The notes below the pieces were generated by a model that was not told the DNA's origin, made no database searches, and was given only the letters and a program-made list of their open reading frames with translations. From positions 1 through 52,624 of the IMG/VR virus record IMGVR_UViG_3300045738_000739: 52,624 nucleotides of DNA; one strand, 5' to 3'. This stretch comes from a virus (Duplodnaviria > Caudoviricetes). Below are positions 7,736 to 17,564 of this stretch, one piece after another; positions within the stretch are counted from its first letter, which is position 1; the number at the start of each line of letters is the position of its first letter. The position numbers were made by a program, and so were the translations under genes.

Positions 7736-10700
7736 TCACGGATGATGGGCAAAGACCTCGAAATCGAGTTCGATACCCGCGAAGGGGGCTAGGTTGCTAC
7801 CTCCCCCTCCTTGTGCCGCTGGGGCGGCCACAATCAGCATTAGCTTACCGTACTCATGGGCTCGCTGATCGTCCTCTGGAATCGGGTTTGCTCCGCTGTC
7901 AAAATCCCAATTGTAGAAACCATTATCCATGGTCAGTCCGGTTGTCACATGGTTCAAGTTTTGGACTCTGCCGCTAAGACCGTCGAAACTATTACCCGCT
8001 GTGAGTTGGGCAATAGTGACGAACCCGGTCCCATGAAAAGCCGTTGGTGTGGTCGTGGCGTGCGGGTAATTCTCGCCGACAATTACATCTTGGTAGGACA
8101 CGAGAGTCAGCGACGGCAGTAGGTCTGCCGGTGCCAAAGCGGTGCCAACACCCATATACACCCGAATCGCCTTCAACAGCACGCGCGGCATTTGAGTGAA
8201 AAGCCCTCCTCCAGATGCCGCGTTTCCTGCATACTCGTTCAGATGGAGTAGGAGGAAAGGCGGGATGCTGCTCCCGCCTACAATCTGCGGCTGCACATAA
8301 CCGAGTGTCAGGTGGAGTTGGGGCGTGATTACGGTAGACGGGTTGATCAACTGGTAATTCCATGATTGGAATGCCGCTGGTCCGACGAACCGTCGCACCC
8401 GGTGTCCTTGCGGGTCACCAGTCGTATTGCTGCGGAACATGATGACGTGCGGATCAAAGCCGGGGAGGAAGTTGAAATTGCCAGTCAACGAAAGGTTCGC
8501 GAGCATGTTTCGCCCAAGCGCACCGTTGAAGATGATTGATTGGTTGTCACCAGTACCAACTGCGGTGAGATTGGCGGGTGAACCCCCAGGTATGCTGTCT
8601 ATTTCGACATTCCCAAAAAGCCTGACAAGGGGCTCTGCGCCGACCTGGACCCCTTGTTGCCGACCAATGTAGACGCCATCGACAGCCGCCGATCCTGGGC
8701 TCGGCACACCGGAGGATAGGACGACAGAATCCCATCCGATATTCGCATTTCTGCGGACATGAAGATCGCCTGGTCCGACTTGTGCGGCTCCCGGTGTTTG
8801 CACGCCACCGCCGTGTTCAACAAGCTCTGGCGAGTTGAAGAACAGGTCGTGCTCGATGTTGAATCCACCTTTGAATAAAACATCCAAAGTCTCACCAGCT
8901 AGGTTAGGGCCCGATGTGCCATGCCTCGTCGCACGCATCGCGCCAAGCTGAAGCTCGCCAGTGCGGTCGTCGCTAGCCCCCTGCTGGGGAACGGGGAAGT
9001 TGGTGTTGATAGCAGTGAGCAGCATCACGTTGCCCCACACATTCACTTCACGAGGCTGGATGGATAGCGGGTAGGATAGGCCCACCGTAACTTTCGTCGG
9101 GACTCCACCGAAATCTTCATTGTAAGACAAATGCGTGTTGTTGAAGACTCGGAAATGATCTTGGTGGAGCGTGCTACCGTGTGGATTGTAGTTGTGATCG
9201 ATGTGATCACGCAGGATCAGCATGCTTACAGGCGTGCCACCGGGTATGGGACCATCAATATCGATATTCGCCGGATTGAGCGGATCTCTGTATCCACTCG
9301 TCGTCGGCATCGGGCTGTACCAGCCCTTGGTGTAAGTCGCTTCTCGGAGCGATTCGTCCAAGCCGAGAAGCGTATTGATCGTGCTCGCAGCGACGGGGGC
9401 TACTTGCAGTTGGCCACAGTCCGACATCTGAAAATTGAGGATCGCAGCCGGGTTGTAGACTTTGGTGCGTGTTAAGACTAAGCCGTTGTTTGGCCCAAGC
9501 GTTGCCGTGACCCCATGGTCATCAGCCGGATTTCTGTAGGCGGCATTGATAGAGGCTAGCAGCGCGTCCGCATCAGCCTCATTGTTCGCAGTCCATTGAG
9601 CTGTCCAAGACAAAATAGCGTCAATGGTGACGATCAATGTCTCGTTGGTGATCGCCGGAAAATTGTTGACTAGATCGATGGTTCCTTCGATGGTCACCGC
9701 ATCCGAAACCGTGTCCCCACCGGGTGCAGGATTGTTAACCCCTTGGATGCCGTTCTGAACCGACTGACCTCCGATCAAGTCGGACAATTGTCGCCGGATT
9801 GCACCATAAAATTCGGCTGTCGATTGCACACCCCAAGTGAGTCGGTCTGGACTTCGGTCACTCAGCGGAATTAAACGGTCAGACCTCGCAGGCTCGGCCA
9901 TGCCTTGAACACCCAAACGACCAGCATCTCCCCACGTTCGACTCTTCGCCACAAACTCTGGCTCTGTCGGTGATGGTGTCCAATTGATGCTGGCCCAGTT
10001 CGTCGGGCGAAGGGGCTGGCCAGCCAATTTGATGTTGTGCAACACGCCTTCAAACAGCGAGTTGGTAAGCTCTGAAATGGTACTCGTGGCCCAGTCTGCC
10101 CCGTCCCAGACAGCGAACCCGACCATCGCCCAACCATCTTCGGCTACGGCTGGATTGGCGTTTTGTGGGTCCATGCTCGTAAGGTCGATGGACTTGAGAT
10201 GGACATTCCACGAAGCCGACTGCCGTGTGGTCACAGTCTGCGACAATTCAGATGCAGTCGAGTTATTCCAAAACACACGGGCTCCGGGTGCTGCATCGTC
10301 CCAGACAGCAGAGACCCAGATACCGTAAGGTCCAGCAGCAAGCCCGCTTGTGTCGATAGTGATCGACGTGTCGCCTTCCAAGCCGATGACAACTCCAAAC
10401 TCGCTGACAGTGTTTGGATCTGGATCCGTAACCCCGACTGCGCCGACTCCCGCTACGACAGTCAACGACTGTAGCGTTCCAGTAACTCGGAACGGGCTGT
10501 AGAAGATGCACTTGTCGTAGCCAGTCAGGCTGTCAACGAAGTAAGTGCCGACCCCGATGAGTCCTAAATTCTCCTCGCCAGGCTGACCTGTAACCGTCGC
10601 AGCATACTGGTGCCAGAAGGCCAGCTCCCACTCTGCACCCGATGGCGACGTATTGTCGTAAGTCGGAGTGTGGATCTGAGCTTCGGTGTGCTCTCCACGG

Positions 10701-10837
10701 TCGTAGTCGCCCGTCACACACATCGCCTGAAGAACTTCACGAGTTTCCGAACGACAATTGGCCTGGACTGCCGTGAAGTCCGGCAAATCGATCCGCTCGT
10801 TGGGGTGAACCTTTACTAAGTCTTTCTTGCCAGCCAT
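7736..10837 (-). CDS. large baseplate / tail-fibre protein (1033 aa)
   Basis: follows the wedge gene (TAATG overlap); Gly/Thr/Asn-rich, beta-rich sequence. Confidence 0.7.
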   Translation of the reverse strand: MAGKKDLVKVHPNERIDLPDFTAVQANCRSETREVLQAMCVTGDYDRGEHTEAQIHTPTYDNTSPSGAEWELAFWHQYAATVTGQPGEENLGLIGVGTYFVDSLTGYDKCIFYSPFRVTGTLQSLTVVAGVGAVGVTDPDPNTVSEFGVVIGLEGDTSITIDTSGLAAGPYGIWVSAVWDDAAPGARVFWNNSTASELSQTVTTRQSASWNVHLKSIDLTSMDPQNANPAVAEDGWAMVGFAVWDGADWATSTISELTNSLFEGVLHNIKLAGQPLRPTNWASINWTPSPTEPEFVAKSRTWGDAGRLGVQGMAEPARSDRLIPLSDRSPDRLTWGVQSTAEFYGAIRRQLSDLIGGQSVQNGIQGVNNPAPGGDTVSDAVTIEGTIDLVNNFPAITNETLIVTIDAILSWTAQWTANNEADADALLASINAAYRNPADDHGVTATLGPNNGLVLTRTKVYNPAAILNFQMSDCGQLQVAPVAASTINTLLGLDESLREATYTKGWYSPMPTTSGYRDPLNPANIDIDGPIPGGTPVSMLILRDHIDHNYNPHGSTLHQDHFRVFNNTHLSYNEDFGGVPTKVTVGLSYPLSIQPREVNVWGNVMLLTAINTNFPVPQQGASDDRTGELQLGAMRATRHGTSGPNLAGETLDVLFKGGFNIEHDLFFNSPELVEHGGGVQTPGAAQVGPGDLHVRRNANIGWDSVVLSSGVPSPGSAAVDGVYIGRQQGVQVGAEPLVRLFGNVEIDSIPGGSPANLTAVGTGDNQSIIFNGALGRNMLANLSLTGNFNFLPGFDPHVIMFRSNTTGDPQGHRVRRFVGPAAFQSWNYQLINPSTVITPQLHLTLGYVQPQIVGGSSIPPFLLLHLNEYAGNAASGGGLFTQMPRVLLKAIRVYMGVGTALAPADLLPSLTLVSYQDVIVGENYPHATTTPTAFHGTGFVTIAQLTAGNSFDGLSGRVQNLNHVTTGLTMDNGFYNWDFDSGANPIPEDDQRAHEYGKLMLIVAAPAAQGGGGSNLAPFAGIELDFEVFAHHP

Positions 10838-12813
10838 TACAATTCCTCCAACTCAATTAGCGATGGGATCACGCCAGCCGCAGTGATCACGTCTAACAGC
10901 CCTTTGATCGTCGCGTGCTCGTCCCATAAATAAAACGGATACTGGTCGTTCCCATCCTGAGTCCAAGCCGCCTTGAGCTGCGAACTAGGAATTGTCGTGT
11001 AGTCTAAGAACACTCCCAACGGATCCGGCAGAGTCCCGCCAACCATCGGATCGGGACAGGTAACAGTGAGATTCGGATTGTCGAGGACCGACCGATCCAT
11101 GAACAGATTGACGGCTGCAACATTCCCGAAGTTGGGCATCACTCGAAAGCTGACGCCACCGTTGTCGCTCGTAAACGGGACGACATTATCGAGGAAGATG
11201 ACGTTGTTGTTGTAGTAGCCAACGATGTTGAAAACGCCCCAGTTGTTTGGGTTGACGCTGTCGGTGATCTGGAGTCGGTGCCCAACCATCCAACTCTCAA
11301 ACGACGGGAAAGGCGTGTAGAGCCGTTGAGGATATGCCGACACCAGAACTCCACCGCCTTGGATGGCTTTGCCGAGAATAATCGCAGTCCCACCGATGAC
11401 TGCTTGGATCGTCCAATAGTCGTTCCTGTTTTCAAACCGGAGACCCTTGCCAACGTCAGTCGGCACAAATACTGGATTCATCGAATCCGCGCGATCAGGA
11501 TTAGCGGCAACAGTGCTCACTGGGAATTTCGCCTCAAGAAAGTTGATGCCTTCGCGGTTAGGATCATCATGCGCCCACATGCCGTAGGCGAGAGCCATCT
11601 CTTCTGGAATGACGACGACGCTTCCAGCGATGTCAGCAGGATCGATCTCCACGCGATTGGACATGAATGCCTTGCCCTTGTAGCTGTCAGTGAGCGAGGA
11701 GATGACGCCAACGAAAACCTCGTTATGGTGGGTCCACTCTTCCTCCCATATCTTGTAGAACTCCTTACCCTTCAAGACATCCATGATCTTCTCGATTGAG
11801 TAGATCGTGGATGCGTCAAGAGCGATCATCACTTTCAGCAATTCTCGAAAGAGCAAATCCGACAATCCGAACGGACGTTCGAGTCCGTAGTTGCGCGCGA
11901 TCTGATCGAGATCAGCACCCTCGGCAGTGTCAACAAAGAAGGTAAACTTGAACTTGTCGAAATCCGTCTGCGGAGTGGCGTCGTCACCTTGCGACGGGTC
12001 AGACGACAATAGGAGAATTACGTCGGTTTCCTTGACCATCACGGACAAGCCGTCAGCAGTTCCAAGCAAGCCCACGCACTCCACGTCGTTGATCGCCCAA
12101 TTGTCGCCTGTCGAAACGCTATAGCTGTCCTGCACCCAGCGGATCATGATCTCACCCGCAAAGTTGAGATCAACCTTCTCGGTTTGCCACCCGATCAAAT
12201 CACCCCAGTTGGCGTCGTCGGGCACATGGGTCGCAACAACGATCCAGTTCGCACCCGCGTCAAGGCTGTACTCGAAACGTAAGTTTTCGAGCGGAGCAAG
12301 TTCAGGCTTGTCCATGTCGAGCCCCGCAGCGTTGCCGTCTTGGAACTCACCTTGCGCGTAGCCGTACTCAACAGAAACAGGACCGATGATCTCACGACTC
12401 AGGTAGCGCTCTTCGGGCGAGTTGCCTCCGCTCAACACGTAGGCTTTGTTAGCTGGAGCCGCCATCCACTCGTCGCGCACCTCGCCGGGTGCATTCGGGT
12501 TCGTGAGCCAGTCACCGATCCCGCCAGTGAAGTCATCCGAATAAACGACCTGATCGAAGAACGGGTTGTAGTTGGTCTCGACATCGTAGAGATGCGTCGT
12601 GTCGATCCCGTTGTAGAAATGCCGCGCACCGTTGACGACGATAACCCCGTGGTCTGGCCACCGATGCGTGCCCTCGACCTCCAGCGTGCGCTCCCCGATC
12701 TGGTGCAGCTTGGTCGAACGGATCAGAAGGTATCCAGATTGCGAATACAGCTCGTCGCCAAACGTCGTGCTGATCGCGTTCCAGATTCCCGGTCGGCTAT
12801 TCTCTATGCCCAT
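10837..12813 (-). CDS. baseplate wedge protein (P2 gpI-like) with inserted beta-sandwich domain
   Basis: FFVDTAEGADLDQIARNYGLERPFGLSDLLFRELLK matches the gpI-type motif. Confidence 0.75.
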   Translation of the reverse strand: MGIENSRPGIWNAISTTFGDELYSQSGYLLIRSTKLHQIGERTLEVEGTHRWPDHGVIVVNGARHFYNGIDTTHLYDVETNYNPFFDQVVYSDDFTGGIGDWLTNPNAPGEVRDEWMAAPANKAYVLSGGNSPEERYLSREIIGPVSVEYGYAQGEFQDGNAAGLDMDKPELAPLENLRFEYSLDAGANWIVVATHVPDDANWGDLIGWQTEKVDLNFAGEIMIRWVQDSYSVSTGDNWAINDVECVGLLGTADGLSVMVKETDVILLLSSDPSQGDDATPQTDFDKFKFTFFVDTAEGADLDQIARNYGLERPFGLSDLLFRELLKVMIALDASTIYSIEKIMDVLKGKEFYKIWEEEWTHHNEVFVGVISSLTDSYKGKAFMSNRVEIDPADIAGSVVVIPEEMALAYGMWAHDDPNREGINFLEAKFPVSTVAANPDRADSMNPVFVPTDVGKGLRFENRNDYWTIQAVIGGTAIILGKAIQGGGVLVSAYPQRLYTPFPSFESWMVGHRLQITDSVNPNNWGVFNIVGYYNNNVIFLDNVVPFTSDNGGVSFRVMPNFGNVAAVNLFMDRSVLDNPNLTVTCPDPMVGGTLPDPLGVFLDYTTIPSSQLKAAWTQDGNDQYPFYLWDEHATIKGLLDVITAAGVIPSLIELEEL

Positions 12814-12816
12814 CGA

Positions 12817-13305
12817 TCAATCCTCATCTGAAATCTCGTAGGGTCCGACATCGCGCGGCGGTGGCCAGTGCTCGCGCAAACGATAAAGATTCGTGACGAA
12901 CGACCTGTGGATTACCTCCAACTCATCGAACAGCGCATCTTCAAGAAGCCCATCCGTAGAGTAAACATGAATATCGTAATTGTCGTCTATTGGCAGCGGA
13001 GGAACCCAGCAACGCATCTGCGTCATCGAATCCGGCTTGCAAATGTCGGCTCGACCGACGATGCCGGAATAACACCGCTGCGGCTCAAAGTCGGGATCCT
13101 CTTGGCGGTAGATGTCAACGAAGTAGTCTTTTGTCGTCGGAATCGAACCCGTCAACTCGATCTCCCAACCACCGTCATCACCGACGACAATTGGATTCAC
13201 GAGTGCAATCTTGAGAACGATTGCACCCGACGAAAACATCCCGTCACTCGATGTCGCAGTAGAGTTGCCGGCGATTCCGGTTTCAGCAAGATCCTTCGAG
13301 AACAC
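12817..13305 (-). CDS. hypothetical virion protein
   Basis: 162-aa ORF, AGGAGG RBS + GTG, inside the tail operon. Confidence 0.65.
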   Translation of the reverse strand: MFSKDLAETGIAGNSTATSSDGMFSSGAIVLKIALVNPIVVGDDGGWEIELTGSIPTTKDYFVDIYRQEDPDFEPQRCYSGIVGRADICKPDSMTQMRCWVPPLPIDDNYDIHVYSTDGLLEDALFDELEVIHRSFVTNLYRLREHWPPPRDVGPYEISDED

Positions 13306-13315
13306 CAGTTTCCTC

Positions 13316-15121
13316 CTACGTTACTTTGACCGTCCTGTAGGTCGAGGGTGACAGGTCATTCGGGTCGAATGTCGCATCGAACGCATACGAACCGATCGAC
13401 AATGCACCCGTCGTGTTTGTGTCGGCTGCGCAGTCTGCGGCATTCGCGTAAATGTAGATGACTCCGCTTTCTGGAATGCCGGCTGAATTGTGTGTCAGAT
13501 ACCTGATCCGCATGTTGTGCTGACGAAGACCCAACATCCTGATCAGTGCATCTCCGAACGTGCCTGGATTGTCGTGATCCACAAGCAGTGCATCAAAGAA
13601 GGCTGCTGGATTCAGCTCGGAGGCTTTGTAGCCCCACACAAACAGCTTATCCATCATGTTGATCGTGATGTTCTCTGTCTCGTCGCTGATCCGTTCGAGC
13701 TGGAAGAACCCATCGCCATCGTCTTCGACAGAGACAATCTTGACCGGGGTGCTTTCATTGGTGGCGTCAGAAACCACCATGCCGCTCAACGTGGCGAACT
13801 CGGTGTTCTCAGCAGGCGGCGGCGTAGTCGCGCCGCCGTAGAAGTGGCCAATCGCACTCATCTGAGCGGCAACCCACATGTTCTGGCCCGTCGTCGTTGC
13901 CTTCTTCAGCAGCACCGCAGTCAAAGCCGCGACACGCGCGCCCATCGTCTGTGGGTTGGTGATGTCTTCGTGGTCTGTTGCCAGCCGATCCCAAACGTGA
14001 TCTGCGATCTCCTCGGCAGCCAAGCTGCCCAGCTCCATCGCGTCGATGGCGGCAGTCGCAATCGCGTCCGCGTCGATCGCATCCGTAGCAATCGCCGAAG
14101 CGTCAATCGCACCCGCCGCAATAGCGTCTGCGTCGATAGCGTCCGTAGCGATAGCAGCCGCATCAATCGCGCCAGCAGCAAACGTGGTGTTCGTGATGGC
14201 ACCGGCAGCAAACTTAGTGTTCGTGATGGCACCGTCCGCAAGCTCGTCAGATCCGATGGCATCTGTCGCGATGGCGTCGGCATCGATAGCGTCGGTAGCA
14301 ATGGCGGCAGCATCGATAGCTCCAGCCGCAAACTTCATGTTGGTGATGGCACCGTCCGCGATCTCAGAAGATCCGATGGCGTTTGCAGCGATGGCGTCGG
14401 CATCGATAGCGTCGGTAGCGATGGCATTGGCATCGATTGCCCCCGCAGCGAAAGTAGCCGCGTCAATCGCAGCGTTCGCAATGGCAGCCGCGTCAATCGC
14501 TCCGGGCGCGAACTTCGAAGTGTCAATCGCTTGATCCGTCAGTCGGACACCCTCACCGAAAGTATCGAAAGTTCCAGATCCAATATGAGCAGAGAGGTAC
14601 TCATCCCAAGGCGCATCCATGATGATCTGCGTGCTGTGGGAATAGGATTTGATCATCCCCCCGATAGGCCCGACTGTAACCGTTCCGGTGTAAGCATCCA
14701 GAAAACCGAGATCCACCACAGTGAACACAAATCCTTTGCGAATTTCTTGATTTGTCATTCCTGAAGCTGTCAGCTGAATGTCCTGATAGTAGACACCAGG
14801 AACCCCCCAATAAATTGGCCACCCGGAAGGCGAGGACGAGAACAAGCCGTTGGTGTGCCGAACAAAGTCTTGGTCGTACATCCGGGGCCTGAAGGCATCG
14901 AGCCGTCGCGGTGCCCAAGGCCAGGTGGCCATGCCGTTGGCGAGAAACTTGTTATCGCTGTGCCGCTGCAAGGAGAAGGCGAGGCGTGTCAAGAAACTGG
15001 GATGAGTCCTAGTCCTGCCGAAGAGGTCAGTCGCTTGGTAGAGAAGACGGATCGAGATGTCCGCGCCCACTGGGCCTTGCCCGGCATTGTTTGACAAAAT
15101 GTGGAAACCCATGTTCTTCAT
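13316..15121 (-). CDS. fibre-like virion protein with pentapeptide-periodic repeat
   Basis: AIDAA/AIATD/AIDAD/GAITN repeats over about 165 aa. Confidence 0.75.
   Translation of the reverse strand: MKNMGFHILSNNAGQGPVGADISIRLLYQATDLFGRTRTHPSFLTRLAFSLQRHSDNKFLANGMATWPWAPRRLDAFRPRMYDQDFVRHTNGLFSSSPSGWPIYWGVPGVYYQDIQLTASGMTNQEIRKGFVFTVVDLGFLDAYTGTVTVGPIGGMIKSYSHSTQIIMDAPWDEYLSAHIGSGTFDTFGEGVRLTDQAIDTSKFAPGAIDAAAIANAAIDAATFAAGAIDANAIATDAIDADAIAANAIGSSEIADGAITNMKFAAGAIDAAAIATDAIDADAIATDAIGSDELADGAITNTKFAAGAITNTTFAAGAIDAAAIATDAIDADAIAAGAIDASAIATDAIDADAIATAAIDAMELGSLAAEEIADHVWDRLATDHEDITNPQTMGARVAALTAVLLKKATTTGQNMWVAAQMSAIGHFYGGATTPPPAENTEFATLSGMVVSDATNESTPVKIVSVEDDGDGFFQLERISDETENITINMMDKLFVWGYKASELNPAAFFDALLVDHDNPGTFGDALIRMLGLRQHNMRIRYLTHNSAGIPESGVIYIYANAADCAADTNTTGALSIGSYAFDATFDPNDLSPSTYRTVKVT
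14030..14530. repeat. degenerate 15-nt-period coding tandem repeat
   Basis: recurring gcgatggcgtcggcatcgatagcgtcggtagc and ttcgtgatggcacc blocks. Confidence 0.85.
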
Positions 15122-15176
15122 CGTTCTCTCCAGTCAGTCAGCCAGTTGGCCCAATTGTCGCCGACAATTCATCCAC

Positions 15177-15557
15177 TCAAGCTAGGTAAGGGGCCGCCGC
15201 CGCATCAACCGCAGCCTCATCAGCCGCCGCAAGTACGGCATCAATGTGTCCTTGGGCCAGCGCCCTCTCTGCCAATACAGCAACAGAAACAGCAGTCACG
15301 ATCGCCGTCAAATCGGCGCTGTCGGTAATGCCGTAGGCCACGCGCTCGTCAAACGTATAGACAGCGAAAGGGTAAACCACGAGACCGAGCGATTCCATCG
15401 CCACGAGCTTTGACCAATCGGACTGGCTTGAGTCCGAGCACGAGAAGAGGTTGCCAGACGCAGCCGGGTATTCCGCCTGCACCTCGAAACCAAGACGCTG
15501 GCCTCGCTCGTAGATCAGTTGACCTACGATCATGTTCTTGTAGCTATCCAGTGACAT
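15177..15557 (-). CDS. putative tail-fibre assembly chaperone (DUF4376-like)
   Basis: TAATG overlap at 15557; Ala-rich helical C-terminus (IDAVLAAADEAAVDAA) directly after fibre genes. Confidence 0.55.
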   Translation of the reverse strand: MSLDSYKNMIVGQLIYERGQRLGFEVQAEYPAASGNLFSCSDSSQSDWSKLVAMESLGLVVYPFAVYTFDERVAYGITDSADLTAIVTAVSVAVLAERALAQGHIDAVLAAADEAAVDAAAAPYLA

Positions 15558-16267
15558 TATGCCCTCCACCGTAGCTTGAGCCATACGACGGGTTCACGGC
15601 ACCTGTCGTTGTCCACAAACACTTGCAGCATTCCGTTTTGGTTTACATCTACATCAAGCGTCTTGTCTGAATCCCCGACGCGGTTGTTGGGCGAGAACAG
15701 GTCTGCGCCAGTGCTCGATCCGTTGCGGCGAACCTCGAAGGTGGGGTCCGTTGCCTCCTGTCGCCGGGTGTACGCCAGCTCACAGATCGTTGCGTCACGC
15801 GATAGCCAATATCCACGGGACGAGGACAGGGTGACATCCCCCACCTGGAGGTATGAGTTGTCAGCACGGTCGTGGGAAAATACAGGGCACCACACCTCTC
15901 GCGAGAGCCACTTGACCCGTGTGTCGTCGTAGAACATCCACAAGCCGAGCGCAGTGTTGAAGTACGTGTCACCGGGGGCACCGTCTGGCGGGTCGGACGC
16001 CATTGGGCTCACCGTCTCCGCTGCCGAGGCGACGGGTGCGGAGATATTCAGCGATTGCTCCTGCGTCAAGTCGGCGGTTCCGTCGTTGAGAATGACCGTG
16101 CCCGCTTGAATATAATCCTGAAGCTGTCGGTCTGACTGGATAGCGATGACGGTGTTGTAGTCGGTCAGTGTGATCTGACCCCCGGCTGGCAGTTCCGCAT
16201 CTGGAACGGATAGCCCGCTGATCTCCAGACCAGCACCCGACATTTCTTTGACGATGATCGTGCTCAT
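15557..16267 (-). CDS. tail fibre-related protein
   Basis: SDPPDGAPGDTYFNT fibre-knob motif; C-terminal domain paralogous to that of 16264..17559. Confidence 0.7.
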   Translation of the reverse strand: MSTIIVKEMSGAGLEISGLSVPDAELPAGGQITLTDYNTVIAIQSDRQLQDYIQAGTVILNDGTADLTQEQSLNISAPVASAAETVSPMASDPPDGAPGDTYFNTALGLWMFYDDTRVKWLSREVWCPVFSHDRADNSYLQVGDVTLSSSRGYWLSRDATICELAYTRRQEATDPTFEVRRNGSSTGADLFSPNNRVGDSDKTLDVDVNQNGMLQVFVDNDRCREPVVWLKLRWRA

Positions 16268-17559
16268 GTGTCTCTCCAGCGTATTCTCGCCCAGCCCATT
16301 ACGTTAGTCGTCGTCAGAAGCCCAAGGTTGCGAGCCCCAAGAATATCGTTCTGCGAGAAGTCCGCGTCCATAGATACGTTGTGCCCGTTCACGGCTGACG
16401 TTGCGATGTTCCCACCCACGATTGGGCTTCCCGTGGCTGTGATTTGGAAATTGGTTAAGACTCCAGGGAACTGGGAGAAAGTCATGCTGACGAGCGTTCC
16501 GTTCCACTCCGCGTAGCGCCCCCATCGAGAGAAATACGCGAAGCCACCGGGGCCTTTGTAGAACGCCCCGCCAGCGGTAGAGGCGGACCCAAAGAACAGG
16601 TCTTGCTCCGCGATGCTTAGCCACTTGGCGCGGGTTCCGTCGTACATCATCATCATTTTCATGGTGGTGTTGTAATACTGATCACCGTCTTGAGGAGCAG
16701 GCAATAAAGGGTCCGTGCTCTGAGCGTCGTGGGTGTATCTCCAGTGATCAAAGTCGCGGACGATGTTGCCGTTGTTGATGAGCGGATTCCACCTAGTGCT
16801 CTGATCCACAAAGACAGTGGTGTTTGCTGCAACCTCCAACCCTGCTGCGGCGGATCCACGAAGCCAACACCCCTGAAGCCGCACCACCAGGGTGGCACCA
16901 GTCGCGAACAACCCGGCAGAGCTGTTGATCCAACAGTCCCTAAAATTCATTTCCCCGGTGGCGGCAACGGTGACTCCGGTCATTGACCCCGCAAGCTGGT
17001 AGATGGCCACCCGATCAAGCGTAATCCATGCGTTGTTTGAGGAACCCGTGCCCGCAATGGACACCCCAAACATGGGACCGGCAGCCGATGAGGTTATCTT
17101 GAGATCGTGGGCAACGGACGATTCAGATGTGGTGCCTGGAAAGGAGACCGCGAAGGAGATCGCTCCAGAAACCTCCAGGGTGAGGTTGCCCAGTGTGCAA
17201 AAGTCACCCATTTCCACCAACGTGCCGCCACCCGTGTTGCGGATAACGCAGCGGTCTCGCTCGATCCCCTTTAGCGTGACCCCGTTTGAAAGCACCAACG
17301 GAGGTTCGTTGTAGATCCCTGGAAGGACCATGATGGTGGTGCCCCCGCCAGATGCAGCTGCGCCAACCGCAGCCGCTATGGTGAGGAACGGCAAGTCCAA
17401 CCGCCCACCGGCACCCGTTCCGTCGTTGCCGTTGAGAGCGTCAACCCAAATTACGTTGCCAGTGTCAACAGTCCCGCCGCCCCCGGACAAATTCGGGTCG
17501 TAGTTTGTGAACGGAACGTCGCGAACATACGAATAAGTTGAAAACGGAATTGTCGGCAT
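16264..17559 (-). CDS. tailspike-like protein with right-handed beta-helix (pectin-lyase fold)
   Basis: WVDALNGNDGTG...PFLTIAAAV...IMVLPGIYNE..L..GVTLKG is the typical beta-helix cap. Confidence 0.75.
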   Translation of the reverse strand: MPTIPFSTYSYVRDVPFTNYDPNLSGGGGTVDTGNVIWVDALNGNDGTGAGGRLDLPFLTIAAAVGAAASGGGTTIMVLPGIYNEPPLVLSNGVTLKGIERDRCVIRNTGGGTLVEMGDFCTLGNLTLEVSGAISFAVSFPGTTSESSVAHDLKITSSAAGPMFGVSIAGTGSSNNAWITLDRVAIYQLAGSMTGVTVAATGEMNFRDCWINSSAGLFATGATLVVRLQGCWLRGSAAAGLEVAANTTVFVDQSTRWNPLINNGNIVRDFDHWRYTHDAQSTDPLLPAPQDGDQYYNTTMKMMMMYDGTRAKWLSIAEQDLFFGSASTAGGAFYKGPGGFAYFSRWGRYAEWNGTLVSMTFSQFPGVLTNFQITATGSPIVGGNIATSAVNGHNVSMDADFSQNDILGARNLGLLTTTNVMGWARIRWRDT

Positions 17560-17564
17560 GGTTT

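Noticed and set aside
15170-17547. Motif-free gaps (also 22768-26750, 28493-31463, 40894-44034) as evidence of recently acquired DNA
   Set aside because: With mean spacing ~770 bp over ~68 intervals, a few 2-4 kb gaps are expected by chance.
15557-17559. Diversity-generating retroelement TR/VR in the paralogous fibre ends
   Set aside because: The similarity is at protein level only, there are no adenine-specific near-identical DNA repeats, and no reverse transcriptase is in the window.
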